From positions 620,001-684,000 of the forward strand of contig NW_026250408.1 of assembly GCF_024521635.1 (NCBI RefSeq): a DNA stretch of 64,000 nucleotides. The letters are read 5' to 3'. Under the pieces are notes generated by a model, which made no database searches, was not told the DNA's origin, and saw only the letters and a program-made list of their open reading frames with translations. The stretch's first letter is position 1. Every line of letters begins with the position of its first letter. Below are positions 13,744 to 26,516 of the stretch, one piece after another. The position numbers and the translations under genes were made by a program. Source of the stretch: Tricharina praecox (Eukaryota).

Positions 13744-15889
13744 GCTCGTGGGGATGGGGTTTGGAAGGCCGGAGTCCGGGCTGCCACTACTATGATAGGA
13801 TATAGGAGTGCGACGGTTCGCCATAGTCTAGGTAGATAGGCTGCATGCGAAATAAACTGAAGATCTCTCTCTCTCTATGATAGGATAGGTATAGAGCGTC
13901 GACGAAATGGAAATGACGTGTATGGTGGGGACGCCAAGAAGATCTATCTGTCGCTCTGTCTCTCAGATTCTCTCCCTCTGGATTCTGGAGACTGGAAGGA
14001 GGGAAGGCTGCCACTCACCCTGCGGATTCTATATGGAGAGTGTGTATGTACCTATAGGCTACTACCTATGATACCCAGAGTAGAGCATCCACTATCTATC
14101 GTCTATTCATCACCACGTCATTGCTGCCTTCTTCGCTACCTGTCTTTCCTCTGAATCCCATCACGCGGCCATGCGCATGGTGTTTCCCATGCTTCATTCT
14201 TTCAGGCTTCTGCCGATGCCGTCGAGCAATAGAATCGTCGCATGGAGGATTAGAGTATGTAGATGGGCCTTCGTAAGTACATAGACGAAAGACCCGGATA
14301 TACAAAGTGATATGTAGATGCAACGCCTCCACTCCGTCTTGCCACAGCATCGACGAAATCACGAAACGAACCTATCGGGAGTTACCGCGTTTTTAGCACG
14401 CCCTGATCGGTCCAGTGTTTCAGCGTGTGATCCGGGACGGAAAGCCGTACCGGTACCTGTACTAGCAAGCTTGCAGACAGACGAGCAAAGGCCCAAGGGA
14501 TCCGGTAACTTTTTTTCCCTGTACATTCGTGCCTGCCTATGTTGCTTGCATCTTACCTCTCTCCTTTGCTGAGGAATCAACATCGCATCGCCATGGATTC
14601 GGGGCGAGGGGAGGAGTGATGGAGGGGTGAATATCATATGGATGTATAAGTAGGGGGCGGATGCTTAACAAACCGAGAGGCCGGCCGGGCGGTCGGCCGT
14701 TTTGTGATTTCCTCTCGCCGGGGGGAGGGGGGACGGGGGTCGCTTGCAGTTCTGCGACGCAACAGCTTTCTGTCTTTCCGGTTTCTTGCAGAGCCTTGAT
14801 ATGATATGCATCCCATATGATATCCATCTCACTCCTCCCTCCTCCCTCCTCCCTACTCAAAGTTTTCTACCCAGAGTAGAGTAGGGTAAAGTAGAGAGCA
14901 GATACGACGATCCCTGTCGATTTCTCTCCTTTCCATTCCGTGCCAGATGACGCCTCCTCCATTTCCTTTCCGTTCCTGACGCTATACCGCATTGTCGACC
15001 CCTGCGGCTGGAGAGGACGAGTAGATATGATGCTAGACTCCATGTAGAGTAGATTACGGTATGCAGAATGGCTTTCCATGCTGCCTCACCACCACCACCC
15101 CTTATCGCCGCTCGGAGGGCATTCTGTATTTTCCGGCGTTGTAGTTTTTTCTTTCCTTGTCGTGGCCTTTGGGAGGTCTGAAAGTTGTCGCGTCGTACGT
15201 CTCGTGTCGTATCGTGCTGTGCTGTGTCATGTTCGTATGATGGAGTATAGGTATTTTATCTCCTGCGATCCGGCTGGGTTCCGATCCGCGGACGTGGAAG
15301 GTGGCGGGATTCCAGGGTGTCGAGCAGTGGAGCGGTGGAATTCGTCGGGGATTTTTTGGGTCCCTCCTGGTCGCTATGGGGGCCGGGACAGTCGTGAGGG
15401 AAGTGGGCCGGAGTCCTGAGATATGGGGGTCGAAACGTGACGGTTAGATATCGAAATCGAAATCATTCGGCCGGGGGGTCGTCGTGGTGGCAACAATCAG
15501 GCGGGCCCGTCGCCTTCTTGTTGCCCTTGTTGCCCTTGCCGCCCTTGTCCCCCCTTGCTGCCCTTGTCCGCTTAGCTCCTATCCGATAGAGTCCTACTCT
15601 ATACTGCCACTTCCAAACACTGCCACACCGTGAAACTCAATCCCGTGCGTGCGTTCGTGCATCCCCATCATCAATCCATCCCCCCCAAAGACAATCCCAG
15701 GCTGGAGCGCACGCCCGCACGCATTAATATTTCGCCTGTGTATGGCCGGCAAGTGGTGGTGGTTTCCAACATCGCAACGCAGCCCGTCGCACTTCTCTCC
15801 AACTGCTGTCCCCCAAACTCTCTAGCGCCCCGAGCTGCGTCCACTCTGCCATCCACGATCCCCTTCAATCCTTGTTGCGCACGGAACAT

Positions 15890-16180
15890 CTTCTGCTTGC
15901 TTGCCCTGCCAGCTGCTGCGTGCTGTGCTTGCTGCTTGCTTGCTGCTTCTCTGCCTGCTTGCCTGCTTGCGCTTGCTGCTTCCTACGATTCTACATCTTC
16001 TCCTTTCCTTTTTCTGCTCGCTGTCTGTCTCACTCTCGGAACTACTGCCATACTCAGTCGCTCGCTCGCTGCCGCTGCCGTGTGTGCTGTGCTGTGCTTG
16101 CTGCTTGCTTGGTGCTTGTTGCTTGCTGCTGCTGCTTGTGAATTCCGTGCTATCGTGCCTGCTTGGTGCTTGGTGCTTCT
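15890..16180 (+). repeat. Low-complexity (GCT/GCTT)n tract upstream of FKS1
   Basis: Dense TGCT/GCTT iterations; these produce the spurious Leu/Cys/Ala-rich ORFs in the track. Confidence 0.8.
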
Positions 16181-16695
16181 CAACCCCCTTCCTTCTATCT
16201 GCCTCACCCAGTCCTTCTTTCCACACACACACCCCCCCCCCTCAGAATCCCAGCCCGCCAATCCTAGCACTCGCCCCCCCCTGGTCGATCGCTACTACTA
16301 CGACTACTACTACTACAACTGCTCCCCCGACGACTTCCCCCCCGACCTCCTCTCTTCCTCTTCCTCCCTCTCTCCTTCATCTCCAATCTCTCCCTCCGCC
16401 AATCCTCCCCTCCCTCCCTCCATCCAACTCAGTCTCTCGTTCTTCTGTTGGTTGTGTTTTGCAAAGTTGGGTGTGTGTACTCGTGTACCCCCTTTTCACG
16501 TCGACCCTCGCTGAGCCCCAAACGCTCAGTAAACAAAAAAAACAACAACAAAACCAAATAACAACACGCTCCGAAATCAAAACTGGCTTCGAGCTCTACA
16601 CAACACCGCTAGCAGCAGTTCGACCACTGGGTGCTTTTACCCACCATACAACACCTTTGTAATACATAGTAGACAGCACTTCTGAAACCTTCTGG

Positions 16696-16858
16696 GTGAG
16701 TTTTACTGCTGCTTAACTCTATTCCCTACCCCCCCACCCCTTAAATTCTGTCACAAGTTTCCCTGCCGCCTCGGCTTCGAACTTTGTCTTCTTCAGACGT
16801 TCCCCACTCAAAGTTTGACCTAGTATACGTGACTGACCGAGTTCTTGCGACAAAAAAG
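16696..16858 (+). other. Probable 5'-UTR intron of FKS1
   Basis: GTGAGT donor at 16696, ACTGAC branch at ~16832 and AAG acceptor at 16856-16858, 28 nt before the ATG. Confidence 0.6.
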
Positions 16859-16886
16859 TACCTAATTCAAAAAGAACACGCCCGTC

Positions 16887-19800
16887 ATGTCACGGCCTCA
16901 GCAGCCGTACGACGACCAGTACGGTCAGCCACAACAGCATGACTCGTACTACCAGGACGACTATGCTCAAGGCCAGCAGCCGCCGCAGGGTGGTCAGTAC
17001 GATCAGGCCTACGATCAGCACGGACAACCGCCACGTCAGCAGGGAGAGGACGGTTATTACGACGAGAAGTATGTGCTTTCAGGTTCCAGCGGATCTACTG
17101 CAAGACCATCAACTGACCAAACCCGTCTTCTAGCGATTACTACAATGCCGCCCAACACGGACAGGCCGGTGACGCCTACTATAATGACGGCAGAGGAGGC
17201 TACGAAGACGATTACTATGGTGACCAATACTATGGTGGATTTCTGCCGTTTCCTACCGTTTCCTGCATTCTGGAGAGTAGTCGAGCTGACTGTTGCTCTT
17301 AGATCAAGCTCCTGCTGCCGGCCAGCACCCTGCGACCAGTCGCGATCCCAAGGGAAAGCGAAGAGGCCAAGACTCGGAAGAAGATTCCGAGACTTTCAGC
17401 GACTTCACCATGAGATCGGACATGGCTCGTGCTGCCGAGATGGATTACTACGGCCGTGGCGATGAGCGGTTCACTGGCTACGAGGAGGGCGGCGCCGGCA
17501 ATGGGCAGCGAGGATATCGGCCTCCGTCTTCCCAGGTATCTTACGGCGGCAATCGTTCATCCGGCGCTTCCACTCCCGTGTATGGTGCCGATTTCTCGGG
17601 CGCCCTTCCCATCGGGCAGCGATCGAAGGAGCCGTATCCCGCATGGACGTCTGAGAATCAGGTTCCGGTTTCGAAGGAGGAGATCGAGGACATCTTTTTG
17701 GACCTTGTCAACAAGTTCGGTTTCCAGCGTGACAGCATGCGCAACATGTACGACCATTTCATGACGCTTCTGGACTCGAGGGCTTCCCGTATGACCCCGA
17801 ACCAAGCTCTGCTCACCCTTCACGCCGACTACATTGGAGGAGACAACGCCAACTACCGCAAGTGGTACTTTGCCGCTCAGCTTGATCTGGACGAGGCCGT
17901 AGGATTCGCCAACATGAAGCTTAAGGCCAACCGTAGGACCAAGAAAGCCCGTGCAGCGAAGAAGGCGGAGGGCGCGGCTGATGAGGCCGAGAAGCTGGCT
18001 GCGCTCGAGGGCGACAACAGCTTGGAGGCCGCAGAATACCGCTGGAAGACGAAGATGAACCGGATGTCGCAGCATGAGCGTGTTCGACAGATTGCGCTTT
18101 TCCTCCTCTGCTGGGGTGAGGCCAACCAGGTCCGTTTCATGGCGGAATGTCTCTGCTTCATCTTCAAGTGTGCCGAGGACTACTTCCATTCGCCCGAGTG
18201 CCAGCAGAAGGTCGAGCCTGTCGAGGAGGGAACTTACCTCCGCGACGTGGTCACTCCGATCTACCAGTACTGCAGAGACCAGGGATACGAGATTGTAGAC
18301 GGCAAGTACGTCCGGAGGGAGAAGGATCACAAGGACATCATCGGTTACGACGATATCAACCAGCTCTTCTGGTACCCACAAGGTATCCAGAGGATCATCC
18401 TCACCGACAAGACGCTGCTCTGCGACATTCCCGGCCCTCAGCGGTACACAAAGCTCAAGGAGGTCGAATGGAAGAAGGTGTTCTTCAAGACCTACAAGGA
18501 AACACGTTCGTGGTTCCATTTGGTCACCAACTTCAATCGTATTTGGGTCATTCACGTCACGGCTTACTGGTTTTACACGGCTTTCCACTCTCCTACCCTC
18601 TACACGCACAACTACCTGCAACGTTTCAACAACCAGCCTCCCGGTGCAGCTCGATGGTCTGCGGTCGGTCTCGGTGGTGCGGTTGCATCTTTCATCATGA
18701 TCTTCGCGACTCTTTGCGAGTGGAGATACGTTCCGCGTGACTGGGGTGGTGCGCAGCATCTCACCAAACGTCTCTTGTTCTGTATCCTGGTCTTCATCAT
18801 CAACTTGGCTCCCAGTGTGTATGTCTTCTTCGTTGACGACTGCACGCGCAAGGACAAGTGTGGAAAGATCTCCTTGATTCTCGGAATTGTCCAGTTCTTC
18901 GTCGCCGTCTTCACCTATTTCTTCTTCTCGATCATGCCTCTCGGTGGGTTGTTTGGAAGTTATCTCACGAAGAACTCGCGCCGCTACGTTGCCAGTCAGA
19001 CGTTCACTGCCAGTTTCCCTCACTTGAAGGGCAATGACAAGTGGATGTCCTACGGAATCTGGGTCCTTGTTTTCGGTGCTAAGCTCCTTGAGTCTTACGT
19101 CTTCTTGACTTTGTCTTTCAGGGATCCCATCCGTGTTCTCTCGACCATGAAGATTGACAACTGTATCGGAGAGTCGCTCCTCGGAACTGGCGATGCCGCT
19201 CAGATGCTGTGCAAGCACCAACCAACGATTATTCTCGGGTTGATGTACTTCACCGATCTGATTCTCTTCTTTTTGGATACCTATCTGTGGTACATCATCT
19301 GGAACGCGATTTTCTCGGTTGCCCGATCGTTCTACCTCGGTATTTCCATCTGGACTCCCTGGAGGAACATCTTCTCGCGGCTGCCCAAGCGTATCTACTC
19401 CAAGGTCCTCGCCACCACAGACATGGAGATCAAGTACAAGCCCAAGGTTCTCATCTCTCAGATTTGGAACGCCATCGTCATCTCCATGTACCGCGAGCAT
19501 CTCCTTGCCATCGACCACGTGCAGAAGCTCCTGTACCATCAGGTAAATAGTTTTTCCCTTCCAAATTCATATGGTTGATGATCTAACGCGTGAAATCAAC
19601 AGGTCCCATCCGAGCAAGAAGGAAAGCGTACCCTGCGCGCGCCCACCTTCTTCGTGGCCCAGGAAGATCACTCCTTCAAGACTGAGTTTTTCCCTAATGG
19701 AAGTGAGGCCGAGAGACGTATCTCGTTCTTCGCCCAGTCCCTCTCGACGCCTATCCCCGAGCCCGTCCCGGTTGACAACATGCCGACTTTCACTGTCTTC

Positions 19801-22800
19801 ATTCCTCATTACGGTGAGAAGATCTTGCTGTCGCTCAGGGAGATTATCCGTGAGGACGACCCTTACTCCCGTGTTACTCTCCTGGAATACTTGAAGCAGC
19901 TGCACCCTCACGAGTGGGACTGCTTCGTCAAGGACACCAAGATTCTCGCCGATGAGACCTCGACTTTCACCAGTGACGATGCCCAAAAGAACGAAAAGGA
20001 TTCCGCCAAGTCCAAAGCCGATGATCTGCCCTTCTACTGTATCGGATTCAAGTCTTCGCAACCTGAGTACACACTCCGCACACGTATCTGGGCGTCCCTT
20101 CGCTCGCAGACTTTGTATCGTACCATTTCTGGATTTATGAACTACAGCCGTGCCATCAAGCTGCTTTATCGCGTCGAGAACCCCGAGGTTGTCCAGATGT
20201 TCGGTGGAAACACCGACAAGTTGGAGCGCGAACTCGAGAGAATGGCGCGCCGCAAGTACAAGATCTGTGTCTCTATGCAACGGTACTCCAAGTTCAAGAA
20301 GGAAGAGATGGAGAACGCCGAGTTCCTGCTGCGTGCATACCCCGACCTTCAGATCGCCTACCTTGACGAGGAACCCCCGACGGAAGAAGGAGGCGAGCCC
20401 CGTCTCTTCTCGGCTTTGATCGACGGACACTCGGAACTTATGGAGAACGGCGCTCGTCGTCCCAAATTCAGGGTCATGCTTTCCGGAAACCCCATTCTTG
20501 GCGACGGAAAATCCGATAACCAGAACCACGCCGTCATCTTCTACCGTGGAGAGTACATCCAGCTTATCGACGCCAACCAAGACAACTACCTGGAAGAGTG
20601 CCTCAAGATCCGCAGTGTTCTGGCTGAGTTTGAGGAAATGACTGTCGACAACGTTTCGCCGTACACCCCTGGACTGCCTCCTACCAACTTTTCGCCCGTT
20701 GCCATTCTTGGAGCTCGTGAATACATTTTCTCGGAGAACATTGGTATCCTTGGTGACGTTGCTGCCGGAAAGGAACAGACGTTCGGTACTCTTTTCGCTC
20801 GTACTTTGGCTCAGATCGGTGGTAAACTGCATTACGGACATCCCGATTTCCTGAACGGCATTTTCATGACCACCCGTGGTGGTGTTTCCAAGGCCCAGAA
20901 GGGACTTCATCTCAACGAAGATATTTACGCCGGAATGAACGCGCTGATCCGTGGAGGGCGCATCAAGCACTGCGAGTACTACCAGTGTGGTAAGGGACGT
21001 GATATGGGTTTCGGATCCGTTCTGAACTTCACCACCAAGATTGGTACCGGTATGGGAGAGCAGTTCTTGTCTCGCGAATACTACTATCTCGGCACACAGC
21101 TTCCTCTCGATCGGTTCTTGTCTTTCTACTACGCTCACGCCGGTTTCCACATCAACAACATCTTCATCATCTTGTCGGTGCAAAGCTTCATGTTCGTGTT
21201 GATCAACGTTGGTGCCTTGAAGAACCAGGTCGTCGTCTGCGACTACAACCCCGATGTCCCGATCCGAGACCAGCTGCTGCCCGTCGGTTGCCGCAATGTT
21301 GAACCTATTCTCGACTGGATCACCCGTTGTATTCTTTCCATCTTCATCGTCTTCTTTATCTCCTTCGTGCCCTTGGTTGTTCAGGAATTGACGGAGCGTG
21401 GTTTCTGGCGCGCGGCTACTCGTCTGGCCAAGCACTTCGGCTCGCTTTCGTTCTTGTTCGAGGTGTTCGTCTGCCAGGTTTACGCCAACTCGCTGCTTCA
21501 GGACATGGCGTACGGTGGTGCTCGATACATCGGAACTGGTCGTGGTTTCGCAACTGCCCGCATTCCTTATGGTATCTTGTACTCGCGTTTCGCCGGTCCA
21601 TCGATCTACCTTGGAGCTCGATCCCTCTTGATGTTGCTATTCGCCACCTGTACGATCTGGCAACCGGCCTTGATTTATTTCTGGGTTTCGCTGCTTGCCC
21701 TGTGCATTTCGCCGTTCGTTTACAATCCGCATCAGTTCTCCTGGGACGATTTCTTCATCGACTACCGTGACTACCTCCGTTGGTTGTCCCGTGGAAACTC
21801 GCGCTCGCACGGCCAGTCCTGGATCGCTTTCTGTCGTCTGTCGAGAACCCGTATCACTGGTTACAAGCGCAAGGCCCTCGGAGACCCCTCGGAGAAGCTC
21901 GCCGGCGATATCCCTCGTGCCAAGCTCAGCAACACCATCTTCAACGAGGTTGTCGGTCCTTTCGTGTTGGTTCTGATCACCCTGGTTCCATACCTGTTCA
22001 TCAACGCGCAGACCGGATTGAGAAAGGAGAATGACGGCAACGACAAAATGACCAAGGACGATCTGCTGCCAACTGGATCGATCATCCGTATCGGTGTGGT
22101 CGCATTTGCTCCCATGGCCGTCAACCTCGGTATCTGTGCCGTGTTCTTCGGAATGGCTTGTTGTATGGGCCCGCTGCTCGGCATGTGCTGCAAGAAGTTC
22201 GGACCCATCCTCGCTGCCATCGCCCACGCCATGGCCGTCATCATGCTCTTCGCCTTCTTCGAGGTTATGTTCTTCCTCGAGGGATTCAGTTTCTCCAAGG
22301 CACTTTTGGGCATGATCGCTGTCGTCGCTATCCAGAGATGGTTCTATAAGCTCATCATCAACTTTGCACTCACTAGAGAGTTCAAGGCTGATACTAGCAA
22401 CATCGCCTTCTGGACCGGTAAATGGTACGGATTGGGTCTGCACGCAATGTCCCAGCCTGGTCGTGAGTTGCTGTGTAAGATGACCGAGATGGGTTTCTTC
22501 GCCGCCGACTTCATCCTTGGACACGTTCTCCTGTTCTTCATGGCGCCTATCATCTTGATCCCCTACATCGACACCGCGCACTCGGTCATGCTCTTCTGGC
22601 TCCGACCTTCCCGCCAGATCCGCCCGCCGATCTACACCGCCAAGCAGACCAAGCTGCGTCGCAGACGTGTCATTCGTTTCTCGGTTCTGTACTTCGCCTT
22701 GCTCGTCGTGTTCCTGGCTCTGATCGTTGGTCCGATCGCCGTTAGTAAGTTTACCCTATTACTCATCTCACTACTTTTATCGAATACTAACGCATCTTAC

Positions 22801-22990
22801 AGAGAAAATCCTGATTGACGTCGCTGATGGCATGGACCTCCCCATGAGACTCATGCAGCCATACGATGGCAAGTGGAACACCACCGATACCAAGTGGTAC
22901 GAGGACAATCCCGATGCGGTTGGAGACGGAAGCAATGAGACCGATGTCGGAACCACCACACGCCGTGCTCTGATGGCGCTGTTGATGTAA
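16887..22990 (+). CDS. FKS1: 1,3-beta-glucan synthase catalytic subunit (GT48)
   Basis: Exons 16887-17068, 17134-17234, 17303-19542, 19603-22744 and 22803-22990. Motifs include [79 protein letters not shown] and KIGTGMGEQ; multiple TM helices. Confidence 0.99.
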
Positions 22991-23595
22991 AGGAGTCTGT
23001 CTGCATTCACAACCTACCCTAGTAGCTCCTAAGAGCGAAGGGTCTGGTTCCGTACATAAGTCGGGGGTAGAATGAGATGAGTGTTGTTTGACGAGTGGAG
23101 TGAATAATGTTAGCGATATGGTTATGGCCTTTGGATGGAGGGTTTTCGGTGCATGGAATAGATGGGTTGATTGAAGCATTGTTTTTTTTATACTTTTTTT
23201 CTTTCGGGGGGGGGGGGGCTTGGATGTGGTTCTTTCTTTTTCCTTTTCTTCTGCAAAAAGACGATTGTCATGTTGGGGGTTAGGGCGGGAGTGGGAAAAG
23301 GGATGATCTCCTTTTTTTCCCTCTCTTGCCGTTTGATATATTTTTTTTTACCTTTGGTTGTTTTTTTTGCATCCTGTTCGTTCAATTGTGTCCTGTCCTG
23401 GTCCTGTCCTTTCCGGTGTGGGGAAACGTTCAATACCTCGGATAGATGGATGGATGGGTTTGTTTTGAGTAGTAACTTTTTTGTTCTATTCTGTTTCTGT
23501 TTCTGTTCTGTTCCTTCGTTGCATATAACCTTTTTGTTGTTGTCTTGGTGATGATCCGATCGGGTGGGATTGGTGCTTTAGTTGATTGGTTGGTA

Positions 23596-23641
23596 TGGTA
23601 GCAAGTGGTAGCAGTGGTAGCAGTGGTAGCAGTGGTAGCAA
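23596..23641 (+). repeat. 9-bp tandem repeat (TGGTAGCAG)n
   Basis: About five imperfect copies between the FKS1 and CCT7 3' ends. Confidence 0.8.
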
Positions 23642-23984
23642 GTGGAGTGGAGTAGGGGGGGTTATTTGCAAAGCACTGTAAAATATTCTTTTACTAGTTG
23701 TAAACGCAAAAGTTGGGAATTAATACCTCTGTTCACTTTACTTCATTTCATTGATCCGAGTTTCGATGCGGTGGGGTGATTGATAACACTGCAGTGCAAG
23801 TGGAAATGGAAGCGAATAGATTACATCGAGCAACACCGAGTTCCATCTTTCTTTAATCACAGTTCATACAGAATAGAATACCATAGCACCTCAATTTTTA
23901 AGTACTATCTAATCTGGTGTTGTGATATCCCCTCGCTACCTATTCCCCATCCCGTCCCGTCCTTCCTACCAGCCAGCCAGCCTT

Positions 23985-25987
23985 TTACCGTCTGGGCATA
24001 CCCCGGCCCCGTCCTCTGAGTGCCCGCTGTGCGGCGCCGCGTGGCATCTGTGTACAAACCGAGTCAGTGTCCATAAAGTTAAGTTAAGTGGAGGGGTGGA
24101 GAAAACTGACCTGAGGACCAGCATTCGGCTGCTGAGACTCCTGGTTCTTGATAGTCTCATCGACAGACAAGATCAGACATGCAGCCTCCGTGGCGGCCTG
24201 GATGGCATTGATCTTTACGGAGACGGGTTCCCAGACGAAGGCCTCGAGGTTATCGCGGATGCCCTCGTTGACGATATCGATACCGGCCCAGATATCGCCC
24301 TTCGCGTGGCGCATGCGGAGCTTGTTCAGGAGGTCGGTAGCATCGAAGCCGGCGTTGTCGCACAGCTGTCTGGGGATGATCTCGAGGGCCTTTGCGAACG
24401 CGGCGATGACGAGCTGCTGCTTGCCCGCGATCGTGCGCGAGTAGTCGCGCAGGTACTTGGAGATTTCCATTTCGAGCGCGCCGCCGCCGGCAACGATTAG
24501 GTCGTTCTTGGTCGCCTTCTTGACGATCATGATGGCGTCGTGCAGGGAACGTTCGACTTCGGCGATGAACTGCTCGGCTCCTCCGCGGAGGACGAGCGTG
24601 CAGGTTTTGGCAGCCTTGCAGCCTTCGAAGAAGTTGAAGCGCTCTCCGCCGATTTGACGCTCGTCGAACTTTTCGCACGTTCCGAGGTGGCTGGGGCCGA
24701 TGTCGGTGCAGGTGGACTGTAAACTGGCGCCGACGGCCTGCAGGACGCGCTCCATGTCCTCATTTGTTACACGACCGGCGCAGAAGATGTTTCGGTCGGC
24801 GAAGAACCTGTATAGCTGTTAGCTCTCATCAATGGCCGGCGGAAGAGTCAAGGGGCCGCCGTACTGTGTGGCAAGATCTCCGATTGGCAGCTTAGACAGA
24901 ACAACCTGTGCACCGGTATCTGCCAGAGCCTGAAGCTTCTGGAAGATAATCTGCCACTCCGCGTCGACAATAGCTTGGTAGTCCTATAATCTCCACGGTA
25001 AGCGGGTGCAACTTTCCCACACAATTTCTCGGATATCCATACCGAGACCTGTTCCACTCTGACTTCTGCGTTGTCCTTCTCACTCTTAAGCTCCAGCTCG
25101 ACGTTCAAACACACAATTTTCGGGTCGGTGAATGACTTTGGCTGCTGCTCGAAACCAGCGTACGAGAACGTCTTCTTGAACGCGACACCATTGACAAACA
25201 AGCTGTCCTGAAGACCACCACCAGGAACCTTCTTCATTCCGATCAACTTCTCATTCAGCTCGGACTGATCCAGGGCAGCAACAGCATTCACGACCATCTC
25301 GGCGAAGAACACGGAGTTCCGCTTGATGAGCTTGGAGCTCATGGCGGTGGACGCAAGCTTCAACAGCGTATCCCGCTTGTTCGTCTGGTCGATCTTGACA
25401 GCAATCTCCTTGATCTTGTTCTCTGCAAGCAGGGCGGCGGTACGGAAACCCTTAACGATGATGCGGGATGAAACGCCTTCCTCCACGAAGCCCTTGCTCT
25501 CCTTTAGGAACTCGGCGGCGAGCACTACTACTGATGTTGTGCCATCACCGACTTCGGCGTCTTGGGACCGTGCGATGTCGGTAAGTATTCGTGCCGCGGG
25601 ATGAACAATATCGAGCAACTAGATAGATGAATCAATCTCAATCAGCGATGCGGCCTTCCTAGTCGTCGAAGCCCCGGGGGTGAGCAACCTTCATCACTGT
25701 AGCACCATCGTTCGTAATCGTCTGTCTCCCGTTCGCATCGACGATGAGAAGGTCTCCTCCGTACGGCCCAAGAGTAGATTTGACGGTGTCCTGTACTGCT
25801 AGGCATGCGTTGATATTGGACAGCATCTGTCCCCGTCCCTGGGATGCATCCGTCCCTGCAATCGATCAATCAACCTTCTAATCAGCTTTGCCATCCCATC
25901 GAGCCCAATCCTTTCCATCTCGGGAGGTATCCCTTACGTACCCTCCTTGAGGACAATGATGGTGGGAGTCTGTCCCGCGAAAGCCAT
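23985..25987 (-). CDS. CCT7: T-complex protein 1 subunit eta (CCT/TRiC chaperonin)
   Basis: Six exons. Starts [22 protein letters not shown]; contains [42 protein letters not shown] and [19 protein letters not shown]; ends in the eta-typical [10 protein letters not shown]. Confidence 0.97.
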
Positions 25988-26516
25988 GATGTGAGGTGCG
26001 TGGTATGTATGTGTGTTGGGGGGGGGGTGGATGGTGGGGTTCGACCGTTCGACGTGGGTAGTTACTTCAAGACAAGAAACTGCAGCGAAGAGGAACCCGA
26101 GCTATCAGCAATCTGAGGAAGGTAGGCACGGCAGGCTGAATATACTTAAGAGTCAAACTTTTCGTTAAATCGACCGGATATGGAGAAGGATGTGAGGTCC
26201 TAGTCTTGGATGGTGGAGTGGGCTCTTGGTGAATCTTTTTTGCGGCTCTGCTGCTTATCCAGCAAGCAGTTTACGCATGGCGGTGGTCCGTGCGCACGCT
26301 TGTACAACACGCACACGTTATATCACTCGACGAAGACGTAGGCTAGACAGTAGACTCGATCAAAACGGCCGAGTTTCTCTATATAACCTCATCCAAGACA
26401 GTCTAAATTATACGCCCAAAGGAAACCAGAAGTTACAAAACGAAAGAACGAAAGAAGAAAACGCCAAAACGAAATGCCCAAAACCACGTCCCAAACAACC
26501 CTGTTCAACACAGCGA

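Noticed and set aside
15630..16662. Long ORFs (294 aa, 253 aa) upstream of FKS1
   Set aside because: Non-ATG starts and Leu/Cys/Ala/Pro low complexity produced by GCT/CT repeats in a probable UTR.
17557..22581. Long antisense ORFs (660, 622, 314 aa) opposite FKS1, and similar ones opposite gel and Argonaute
   Set aside because: Expected shadows of strong C-ending codon bias; no recognisable domains.
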